From: a candidate division WOR-3 bacterium
GTDB lineage: Bacteria > Hydrothermota > Tepidihabitantia > SM23-42 > JAOAFX01
Length of the DNA stretch: 40,487 nucleotides
Direction of reading: 5' to 3'
NCBI GenBank assembly: GCA_039802265.1
Contig: JBDRWI010000013.1
Location: 1-40,487, forward strand
The translations under genes were made by a program, and so were the position numbers. Under the pieces are notes generated by a model. The model was not told where the DNA came from. It did not search any database and saw nothing but the letters and a program-made list of their open reading frames with translations. Of the stretch, positions 20,626 to 29,235 are shown one piece after another; the stretch's first letter is position 1, and each line of letters begins with the position of its first letter.

Positions 20626-21297
20626 ATGCAGGAATCACGCTCTTTGTGCAGAACAAAATTGTTCATCTTTTTGATTATCTGTATTTTGTCTATAACCTGT
20701 GAGAAAAAAGACCGGAGGTTTGTTATGCAAAACAGAATAAAATGCCAGGTGATAAAAGATACCTGGATATATAAAGGACAGCCGAATAAGAACTATGGGG
20801 ATGGTGGCGGCTGGAAGGACATCACCGACCCTTACCATCCAGTCACAATCCCAAAACTATTTCTTGGATTTTCCGGTACCGATAAAGAAATCGTCCTGTT
20901 ACAGTTTGATATTACAAATTTGCCTAAAGATAAAAAACCAAAGCGCGCAATAGTGAAGTTATATAACGATTTTTCTGGCTCTGATGCGGCGATTCAGGTT
21001 GCGGCAAAACAGATTCTATCTCCCTGGGAAGAAATGGCAGTAACTTATAAAACCGCACCCAAAATTGCCAGCAGTCCTGCCTCTATTATTACTTTGAAAG
21101 GTGCGCATAATTATCGCGAACCCGGGAGATGGTATGAATGGGATGTGACACAAATCTTAGAAAAATGGCTTTCCGGAGAACCCAACTATGGCATTGCCCT
21201 TGACCCGGTTGGTGAATATGGTGTTGACCATGAGATTGTGTGTAAGGAGAATAAAGATAAAGCCGATTTCGCTCCGGTCCTTGAGGTGGAATATTGA
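20626..21297 (+). CDS. DNRLRE-domain (CBM96-like) putative lipoprotein
   Basis: lipobox LSIT-C; DTWI..PNKNYG, LLQFDI..A.VKLY, WEE..VTY..AP, WYEWDVT, NYGI, PVLEVEY; AAGGAG SD. Confidence 0.75.
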   Translation: MQESRSLCRTKLFIFLIICILSITCEKKDRRFVMQNRIKCQVIKDTWIYKGQPNKNYGDGGGWKDITDPYHPVTIPKLFLGFSGTDKEIVLLQFDITNLPKDKKPKRAIVKLYNDFSGSDAAIQVAAKQILSPWEEMAVTYKTAPKIASSPASIITLKGAHNYREPGRWYEWDVTQILEKWLSGEPNYGIALDPVGEYGVDHEIVCKENKDKADFAPVLEVEY

Positions 21298-21412
21298 ATT
21301 GACAAATTCTAAACATCTTAACCCTAACCCAATAACCATCTTACTCGGGTCGTTGAGATTTAGACGGCAAAATATTAAAATTAAGAAGGTATGAAGTTGA
21401 TCAGCTGGTTGC

Positions 21413-21440
21413 TTGACTTCAATTAAAAAGTGGCTATAAT
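21413..21440 (+). promoter_or_regulatory. sigma70-type promoter
   Basis: TTGACT, 16 bp, TATAAT. Confidence 0.7.
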
Positions 21441-21496
21441 TTTTAAGATTTTTTAGAATGCCAGGTAGTCTAATAATTAATAACAAAGGAGGTCCA

Positions 21497-24442
21497 ATGA
21501 AAAGAGCATTAATACTTGGCATTGTAGTTGGCTTGGTTTTTGTCGGCTGTGGAGACAAGGAACCACCGCAGGTCTCAATAACACAGCCCGCAAGTGGTGA
21601 TACCGTAGGTGGAACAGTTACAATTACCGCCGAAGCCACAGATAATAAAGGCGTAACCGAAGTGGAGTTTTATATTGACAATATCCTCGTATCCACTGAC
21701 CAGTCTTCGCCTTATTCCCATTCCTGGAATACAACCACCCTACAGGACAATTCCCAGCACAATATCTATGCCAAGGCTTTTGATAAGGCAAATAACGAAG
21801 GAACATCGGAAATAATTACTGTAATAGTAATTAATGCACCCAATACCCCGGCCACGCCCTGGGGTCCCTCAAGTGGTTATCAGGGTTCTCAATATTCTTA
21901 TGAATTTTATACCTATGCAACTGACCCCGCAGGTCAGGGAGTGGCGATAAGATTTGCCTGGGGTGATGGAGATACTTCAAACTGGAGTTCATACCAAGTA
22001 AGCGGTGATACGATTGCGATGGAACACTCCTATCTATCAACCGGTACATTCAATGTCACTGCCCAGGCAAAGGATGTAAATGGCGCAACCTCAGGATGGT
22101 CAGGTGCACATCAGATTACCATCACCACCGGCTCGAGCCAGGCGCCTTACGCACCTACAATTACCGGACCAACGAGCGGCAATCCAAATGTCTCTTATGA
22201 CTTTAATGCGACGACGACCGACCCGGATAATGATTTGATTTCAATAAGATTTTATTGGGGTGATGGTGATACATCAGAATGGAGTGGCTATGTGTCAAGC
22301 GGTTCTACAATAACAATGTCACATTCCTATTCTAATACTGGAACTTATAATATCACTGCCCAGGCAAGGGATATCCATGGTCTAAGGTCATCCTGGTCAT
22401 CACCGCATCAGATTGTCATCTATACAGGGACAAATAACCCACCAAATACACCAACAATAACCGGTCCGACGAGCGGATATGTCACTGTTGTCCAGACATT
22501 CTCTGCAACCACGACTGACCCTGATGGACAGAATATCTCAATCCGATTCGCCTGGGGTGATGGGGATACCTCAAGCTGGAGTTCTTATGTACCCAGTGGT
22601 GGAACAGTTCAGGATACCCACACCTATACCTCAACTGGCACATATTCAGTCCGTGCCCAGGCAAGGGATGTCCAGGGTGCAACATCTAACTGGTCAAGCC
22701 CGCATTCCATAAATATCACTGAAGGAATTGTTATTACCAGGCCAAATGGTGGAGAGACATACTTATCTGATGAGTACCTTCCCATCCACTGGAACTGGTA
22801 TGGTAGTTTTAGTACGGTAAAAATTGACTACTCCACTGATGGTGGAACTTCTTGGACAACGATCGTCTCCAACACCGATAACGATGGTTGTTATCACTGG
22901 TTAGCGGCTTACACCAGCACCACATACCCTAATTGCCGAATTAGGGTGAGCCATTCCACGAATCCGAATATTTATGATATCAGCGATGCGAATTTTACAA
23001 TTGCTCGAGATACCATAACCGTGGTAATGCCCAATGGTGGTGAAAATTACTATGTTGGTAATTACTATCCAGTCCACTGGGATTGGACCGGAAACTTCTC
23101 CACCGCAAGCATTGATTATTCAACAGATAATGGAACTTCCTGGACATCAGTAATTTCATCTACTACGAATGATGGATGTTATGCCTGGGATGTAGCAAAT
23201 GCACCTTCTACCACTGCCCTTGTTCGAGTTAAAAATCAGAGTGACGTCAATCTCAATGATGTAAGCAATTCAGTCTTTACGATTGCCAGACCCGCATTTA
23301 CAGTTAAAAGGCCAAATGGTGGTGAGATCTATCGGAGCGGTGAACATTATCCAATACACTGGGAATGGGTCGGCGGCGTCAGCTCGGTTAATATTCAGTA
23401 TTCAACAGATGGTGGGACGATCTGGACAAATATCGTTACCGGTGCAACCAATGACGGTTCTTACACATGGACCGTGCCGAATTTGAATTCAACCAATTGC
23501 CGTATCCGAGTGGTGAGTTCTCAGGATCCAAATGCCTATGACATCAGTGATAACAATTTCACAATCACCACAACCCAGGTTTCTGATTCAATTCAAGTCA
23601 CATCCCCCATGCTCAATGACAACTGGATACAGGGTGGAGATTATTATATTACCTGGACCGGGACATATTCTGGAACCGTGCGTATTGACTATTCCACTGA
23701 TGGTGGTTCTTCCTGGAATCAAATAACATCAAGCACAACTGGTGGTTATTATCTATGGTCAATCAGCGGTAACTTTGCAAGTAATAACTGCAAGATAAAA
23801 GTTACCAGCACCTCAAATCCCAGTAACTATGATGAAAGTGATATATTCACCATAAATCTCCAGACCATCACAATCACATCGCCCAAGACAAGTGATATAT
23901 GGCTGAGCGGCAGGGATTATTATATCACCTGGTACTGGAATGGTGAATTTTCCACTGCCCGAATAGACTATTCAACTGATGGTGGTTCAACCTGGAATCA
24001 GATAACCAGTGCCACAACAAACGATGGTTATTATCGATGGCAATTGACTGATGCAATAAATGGAAACAACTGCAAAATCCGGGTTGGGGTTGCCAATACC
24101 ACAAATTATGGCGTCAGCAACACATTCACAATCGCACCACAGACCATAAAAGTAACTTCACCACTCAATGGCGATATCTGGTATGCAGGAAGGAGTTATT
24201 ATATCACCTGGGACTGGACCGGCGACTTTTCTAATGCCCGAATAGACTATTCTACTGATGGTGGAGCGACCTGGAATCAAATTGCCGCAAATGCCGGCAA
24301 TTATGGTTATTATCTCTGGACCGTTCCCAATGTCTCAAGCACGAACTGCCGGATTAGAATTGCCAATACCCAGAATACCAACGCCTATGGTTTGAGCCAG
24401 ACATTTGAAATCCGCAGTGGTGGAAAAATAAGGCGACGATAA
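21497..24442 (+). CDS. large Ser/Thr-rich surface lipoprotein: Ig-like domain + 3 PKD domains + 6 PNGGE-type Ig-like repeats
   Basis: AGGAGG SD before ATG 21497; lipobox VFVG-C; three WGDGDTS units; six units with I.W..I(D/Q)YSTD.G..W. Confidence 0.88.
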   Translation: MKRALILGIVVGLVFVGCGDKEPPQVSITQPASGDTVGGTVTITAEATDNKGVTEVEFYIDNILVSTDQSSPYSHSWNTTTLQDNSQHNIYAKAFDKANNEGTSEIITVIVINAPNTPATPWGPSSGYQGSQYSYEFYTYATDPAGQGVAIRFAWGDGDTSNWSSYQVSGDTIAMEHSYLSTGTFNVTAQAKDVNGATSGWSGAHQITITTGSSQAPYAPTITGPTSGNPNVSYDFNATTTDPDNDLISIRFYWGDGDTSEWSGYVSSGSTITMSHSYSNTGTYNITAQARDIHGLRSSWSSPHQIVIYTGTNNPPNTPTITGPTSGYVTVVQTFSATTTDPDGQNISIRFAWGDGDTSSWSSYVPSGGTVQDTHTYTSTGTYSVRAQARDVQGATSNWSSPHSINITEGIVITRPNGGETYLSDEYLPIHWNWYGSFSTVKIDYSTDGGTSWTTIVSNTDNDGCYHWLAAYTSTTYPNCRIRVSHSTNPNIYDISDANFTIARDTITVVMPNGGENYYVGNYYPVHWDWTGNFSTASIDYSTDNGTSWTSVISSTTNDGCYAWDVANAPSTTALVRVKNQSDVNLNDVSNSVFTIARPAFTVKRPNGGEIYRSGEHYPIHWEWVGGVSSVNIQYSTDGGTIWTNIVTGATNDGSYTWTVPNLNSTNCRIRVVSSQDPNAYDISDNNFTITTTQVSDSIQVTSPMLNDNWIQGGDYYITWTGTYSGTVRIDYSTDGGSSWNQITSSTTGGYYLWSISGNFASNNCKIKVTSTSNPSNYDESDIFTINLQTITITSPKTSDIWLSGRDYYITWYWNGEFSTARIDYSTDGGSTWNQITSATTNDGYYRWQLTDAINGNNCKIRVGVANTTNYGVSNTFTIAPQTIKVTSPLNGDIWYAGRSYYITWDWTGDFSNARIDYSTDGGATWNQIAANAGNYGYYLWTVPNVSSTNCRIRIANTQNTNAYGLSQTFEIRSGGKIRRR

Positions 24443-24460
24443 AAGAAGCAGAAAAATAGT

Positions 24461-24486
24461 AAAGGGGAGTGGCGCCACTCCCCTTT
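24461..24486. terminator. bidirectional Rho-independent terminator
   Basis: perfect 26-bp palindrome aaaggggagtggcgccactccccttt plus T tract, between convergent genes. Confidence 0.85.
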
Positions 24487-24526
24487 TTGTTTGTAAAAGA
24501 AACTTTCTCCACTTATGGAGGAGCAA

Positions 24527-26446
24527 TTAAAAGATTTTGTAAAAAATTCCTAAATATCCTTTAGGTATTATGTAGTTTACATCCCGAGTGCCCATATTGG
24601 GTTTGGTCTTATTGAGTAGATAGCCTGCACCACCTTCAAATAATAGAGAAAATTTTTGAGAAATGTCTTTTTTAACGCCTAAAATCCCGCCTCCATAAGG
24701 ATTTATTGCCCATTCATATACGGCGTTATCATAGAACGATTTCCAGTAGCCCGCACCAACTTCGGTCCCGGTATAAAAAGATAAATTTGCATACGGGTTG
24801 AAGATGTATTTTAGTCTGAGACCACCGATGTATATCTGGGTTTTAAAATGTTCACCTTCGGGTTCCCAATCAGTAGTCTTGCATCCGATTGTTCCTGTAT
24901 TCACAAAAATTCCAATTCCTATCTTATCACTTAGATAACCTATATTCCCTGCCAGTATCAACCCAATCTTTGAGGCATCAAGCCCACCACCTGCAAGCAT
25001 TGATAAACCACCGGATATTTCTATCCCCATTCCCCCTCTTTTGCTTATCGGTATCCTGAGACTTGTCCTTCTTCCCTTTTTATCAATAGAAACTAAATTA
25101 ACGGATTGAGTATTGGGCAGGATTTTTGCCCGGAATGAAAATCTTCCATTTGTTTGAACCTTTACCTTAAAATTGTTTATTAAAAGTTCACAATCAGGCT
25201 CGGTCTTGCCTTCAAGAAGGATAATCCTTCCGCTTTCTGTATTCTCAATTACCTGTTTTGTAATTTGTAGTGTAGGACCCGTATATCTTTTCTTTGGATT
25301 TATGACCTCAAAACAATAAACCTTCAAACTCCTTGATTCGAGCCCTGATTCGTCAACCGACCCAAGATAGAGATATATGTGAGGTAGATCTATTGATTTC
25401 ACAACACAGGATTCTGATTCAGTCACTGTCTCATAAATAACATCACCAAATTCCGGGTCTTTGCCCAGTATGAAATGGACCTTTTCACCGGGTTTATTAA
25501 AGAAAAATTTAAAGGGATTTTTCTCGTCGTATTCAAAATAATCTTTCTGGTGTATGGTATCCAGGATTGGTGCTTGAGGAAGCAGCCTGGGAGATGCCGG
25601 CTTTTTTCCATAATAACAGATTGTGCCATAATTTTCATTCACTACTTCTGAAACACCACTGGCAGATATCTTTGCCGAACCTGACCAGACCGAGAGCAAA
25701 TCCTGGTAATACATCTCAGATTCAAATAAGAATTCACCCTGATTCGTTGTTACTGTGCAGGTGGGGGTAGTAACCGATAGATTCGTATTGGAAACTGTTA
25801 CTTTTATCTTGCCTGCCTTCATATAAATTCCAAGTCCCTTCTCCGGCATGCTCAATTTTTTTAATGCAATATCGGAATTGGGTAGGACATTAATCGTTAT
25901 GCCGTCAAACTGGATATCTGCCCTGCCTAAAGAATCGGTCAATATTCTATCAAATAGTGTCAAATAACGGAAATCGTTTATCTCTTCGGGCTCAGAAATA
26001 CCTTCTTTATGAACCAGAATCTTACCTTTAATAAACTCAAGTCTTGCCACAGGAATAGGTGATAACACCTTTATCTCAACTCGATTATTCCTTGCCCGAC
26101 CTTCCGGCGTCCGGTTTGTAGCAATGGGCATTGAAGGACCGTAACCCTTGTAGGTCAAATTTGATTCGGGTATTTTGTGCTTTGATTTTAAATAATCACA
26201 AACCGCCCTTGCCCTTGCCTCGGATAATTTCTGTTTCTCGGAAGGTACACCAACATTGTCAGTATGACCGCCTATTTCAATCTTTGCACCGGTCAATTCC
26301 AGGAATTCCGCAAGGGAGTCAAGGCTGGAAAGACTCGCTTCTTCCATCTGGATAGTCTCACCTATAAATTTGAGATAAGAAAGGGGGAATTTTATCTCCT
26401 GGGGAACGGAGATTATGGACAGAATGAGAAATAGTGCTAACTCCAT
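24527..26446 (-). CDS. OmpA-family protein with FecR-like domain and putative C-terminal beta-barrel
   Basis: IEIGGHTD..LSEARARAV..GYG..PIATN.T.EGRARNNRVEI; FecR-like DRILTD..RADIQFD..PNS..AGKI..VTTPT; C-terminal strands ending in Phe. ATG 26446 preferred (track start 26482 is the -35 box). Confidence 0.8.
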   Translation of the reverse strand: MELALFLILSIISVPQEIKFPLSYLKFIGETIQMEEASLSSLDSLAEFLELTGAKIEIGGHTDNVGVPSEKQKLSEARARAVCDYLKSKHKIPESNLTYKGYGPSMPIATNRTPEGRARNNRVEIKVLSPIPVARLEFIKGKILVHKEGISEPEEINDFRYLTLFDRILTDSLGRADIQFDGITINVLPNSDIALKKLSMPEKGLGIYMKAGKIKVTVSNTNLSVTTPTCTVTTNQGEFLFESEMYYQDLLSVWSGSAKISASGVSEVVNENYGTICYYGKKPASPRLLPQAPILDTIHQKDYFEYDEKNPFKFFFNKPGEKVHFILGKDPEFGDVIYETVTESESCVVKSIDLPHIYLYLGSVDESGLESRSLKVYCFEVINPKKRYTGPTLQITKQVIENTESGRIILLEGKTEPDCELLINNFKVKVQTNGRFSFRAKILPNTQSVNLVSIDKKGRRTSLRIPISKRGGMGIEISGGLSMLAGGGLDASKIGLILAGNIGYLSDKIGIGIFVNTGTIGCKTTDWEPEGEHFKTQIYIGGLRLKYIFNPYANLSFYTGTEVGAGYWKSFYDNAVYEWAINPYGGGILGVKKDISQKFSLLFEGGAGYLLNKTKPNMGTRDVNYIIPKGYLGIFYKIF

Positions 26447-26454
26447 TATAATAA

Positions 26455-26482
26455 AATATACCGAAAAATAGAAAAAAGTCAA
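26455..26482 (-). promoter_or_regulatory. sigma70-type promoter (leaderless or very short leader)
   Basis: TTGACT, 16 bp, TATATT, 8 nt, ATG. Confidence 0.55.
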
Positions 26483-26526
26483 TGCCTCTGCAAATTATGT
26501 ATTAACGGGAGTATTGATTTATTTAG

Positions 26527-26585
26527 TGTAGGACAAACCTTCGTGTTTTCAATCTCTTTTCGCAGGGCTAAAGTCCTGCCCTACA
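26527..26585. repeat. GTAG-type REP-like element
   Basis: terminal inverted repeats tgtaggaca / tgccctaca; internal hairpin gcagg-gctaaagt-cctgc; related copy at 37965-38031. Confidence 0.6.
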
Positions 26586-26808
26586 TTTGCTTTTTAGCAC
26601 AGCCGAGGGGCCGACTCACCATAGGTAAATGTAAAAATCATGTAAAATTTGTAGTGATAGACCTTACTCGGCAAATTATTTAAAACCCGTGTAAACTTGG
26701 CGAAGACAGCTAATTCATATTGACATTGTGATTATATAAATTCGATAGCCAGTTTAAGAGCTAAAAATAAAATAGAAAAAATCGGCAATGACTAAGTAAA
26801 CAAAATCA

Positions 26809-26836
26809 TTGACATAAAAATATTTTTTATTATAAT
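26809..26836 (+). promoter_or_regulatory. sigma70-type promoter
   Basis: TTGACA, 16 bp, TATAAT; AAGGAGG SD follows. Confidence 0.8.
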
Positions 26837-26856
26837 TCTATCATCAAGGAGGTAAA

Positions 26857-29052
26857 ATGAACCTTATCAGTGTGTTTTTAATATTCAGCGCGTTTATGCC
26901 CGGTCCGTTTAAAACGATTCGGGCTCTCCAGAAAGAATATTATGCTCCAGAATATGTGAATAAAAAAACCGCAGATTTTAATCCCTGGACTTGGAATCTG
27001 GTTAATCTACCCGGTGGTGAAATCCTCGGCACATTCAGCAATCCCAATTCACAAAACCTTGTATTCGCCATTTCTTTTCGTGATGTCTGGCGCACGACCG
27101 ATGGTGGCGCAAACTGGGGTCTGTCATTCGAAAACTGTATGCCTGCTGGGGGTGTGTTGTCAACACCCCAGAGAGGAATCGTGGTTGATGGTGGCGGAGT
27201 AGTCTGGATAACCTTGAATAGTGGAAATGACTGGGCAGAGGTCTTATACACCAACGATTTTCAGACTGCAAGTTTTGATGTTGCGGATACGGTAATCTAT
27301 CTTGTTGACAGTATTCCCCCAAGGCTCTGGCGGAGCACAAATTCAGGATTATCCTGGCAGTTTCTCGGCACATTTAATAATCTCTATAACATTGACCAAA
27401 TTACCCATCTCAAGAGTAATCCTGATGTATTCTGGCTTACGGGGCACGCATCGCCTGTAGATTCGTTTACTTATGTATATTTTTCGCCGTCCGGTACATT
27501 TGTGGATACAATCGTTGCAGGTGAGGTTATGGATATCCAGCCCAATCCCTATAATCCCAATCTTGTACTAATTGCTACTGACAACGGAATATACCAGTCA
27601 ACATCAGCCTCAGGTCCCTGGACAAGAATAAATGAACCTTATGTATTTGGAATATTCCAAGCAGTGGATATTGAGTTCACGGGCAACGATACAATTCTTG
27701 TTTCAAGTTTTATCAACCCAGGAATATTCCGGGGTGTAAGACAGTACGGAATCTGGATTTTCAACTATGTTGAATCAAGGGAAATTGCAACCTTAATAAG
27801 TCATGCGGGCTCAGGGACATTCTATGCCGGCAGCCTTGGAAAAGGTGTATTTAAGACGACCAATAATGGTCTATCCTGGACCGTCCAGAGGAACAATCTT
27901 TATGCCCATACAATTATCAGTCCTGGTGCCGCAAGTTGTCCTTCACTGGATACAGTCGTTTATGCCATCGGCCTTGGTGGAACCATATATCGCATCAAAA
28001 ATTATGGTACATCCTTTGATACATTGATGAACTTCCTCTTGATGGGTTCGGCAATAGAATCCGCGCCAACAAATCCGAATTTTATCATCGCATCCTGCAT
28101 CCATATGGAGATTTCCGGAACAACATTCTCAATGGGCACAATATTTACCTCTTCAGATGGCGGTGTAAACTGGACAAAGGTGGATTCTACATATTTGCCT
28201 ACAGATTTTCTGATTACAAGTGACCCAAATGTTATCATTGGCCTTTGTGATACATTCCTGATTCGCTCTACTACTGGCGGGACAAACTTCACACCCGTAT
28301 TTGCAAAGCCTGTATCCCTTTCCAATCTTGCAGGGCGTGATACAATATTTGTAGCAACCTATGATTCAGTCTTTGTTAGTTACGACCGCGGTGCAACCTG
28401 GCAATTCTTGACGATTGACCCAGGTCAGGAGACCGATGAAATCTCGTATGACAACAATCAAAAAATCCTCTATCTCACCGATATCCCACTTTACCGCTAC
28501 TATCTATTAACTGGCACCCTGGATAGTATAGCGATTAATGGCTATGCCAATTTTTCTACTGATGTCGCCCCAAATGGCAATCTATATTTCCTCTATTATG
28601 GTACGGATACTATCTATATTGCACGTTCATTTGATACCGGCAACACAATTGAACAGGAACCATTCCCCATCCCCCATTTCTTTGGTGGTTTACTTGCCTG
28701 TAATGGTGCATTATTCTATTACGAAGGTGGCAGGAGATTCTGGGTGAGCACCGATATTACGCATGGAGTTGCTGAAAACATAATAAGAGAAAATAAATTC
28801 TCCTTCTTTATTCCCACGCTCGTCAAGAAAAATTCGCTGGCGAAGATTTCCTTCGCGATAGACCATTCGCGCACTTGTTCAATAAAATTATATGATGGAA
28901 CCGGACGTCTGGTTAAGAATATCTATGAGGCAGATTTCGCCCCTGGAATCTATAATCTTGAATTCAGCACTAAAGGATTAAATAGCGGGGTATATTTTGT
29001 TAGGCTGAATAGCGAGCAAGAACAGAGAACAAGAAAATTTATAGTCTATTAA
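26857..29052 (+). CDS. secreted BNR/Asp-box beta-propeller protein with T9SS type A-like C-terminal sorting domain
   Basis: signal peptide; RTTDGGANW, RSTNSGLSW, KTTNNGLSW, SSDGGVNW, SYDRGATW; C-terminal LYDGTGRLV..LNSGVYFVRL..RKFIVY. Confidence 0.88.
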   Translation: MNLISVFLIFSAFMPGPFKTIRALQKEYYAPEYVNKKTADFNPWTWNLVNLPGGEILGTFSNPNSQNLVFAISFRDVWRTTDGGANWGLSFENCMPAGGVLSTPQRGIVVDGGGVVWITLNSGNDWAEVLYTNDFQTASFDVADTVIYLVDSIPPRLWRSTNSGLSWQFLGTFNNLYNIDQITHLKSNPDVFWLTGHASPVDSFTYVYFSPSGTFVDTIVAGEVMDIQPNPYNPNLVLIATDNGIYQSTSASGPWTRINEPYVFGIFQAVDIEFTGNDTILVSSFINPGIFRGVRQYGIWIFNYVESREIATLISHAGSGTFYAGSLGKGVFKTTNNGLSWTVQRNNLYAHTIISPGAASCPSLDTVVYAIGLGGTIYRIKNYGTSFDTLMNFLLMGSAIESAPTNPNFIIASCIHMEISGTTFSMGTIFTSSDGGVNWTKVDSTYLPTDFLITSDPNVIIGLCDTFLIRSTTGGTNFTPVFAKPVSLSNLAGRDTIFVATYDSVFVSYDRGATWQFLTIDPGQETDEISYDNNQKILYLTDIPLYRYYLLTGTLDSIAINGYANFSTDVAPNGNLYFLYYGTDTIYIARSFDTGNTIEQEPFPIPHFFGGLLACNGALFYYEGGRRFWVSTDITHGVAENIIRENKFSFFIPTLVKKNSLAKISFAIDHSRTCSIKLYDGTGRLVKNIYEADFAPGIYNLEFSTKGLNSGVYFVRLNSEQEQRTRKFIVY

Positions 29053-29235
29053 AATTCCCCGCTTTGTAATAGAAGAAATTCTAGTTCTCCCTCCACTTAC
29101 GAAGTTGTAGATAAGGATATTCTTTTACCACTGGCAATAAATATATAATCCTTGTCAAGGGCAATTTTTCAGACAACTTAAGTCTTGACAAAACTGATGT
29201 CTTGAATATTAATATAGTATCTGAAAGGGGGTGCG

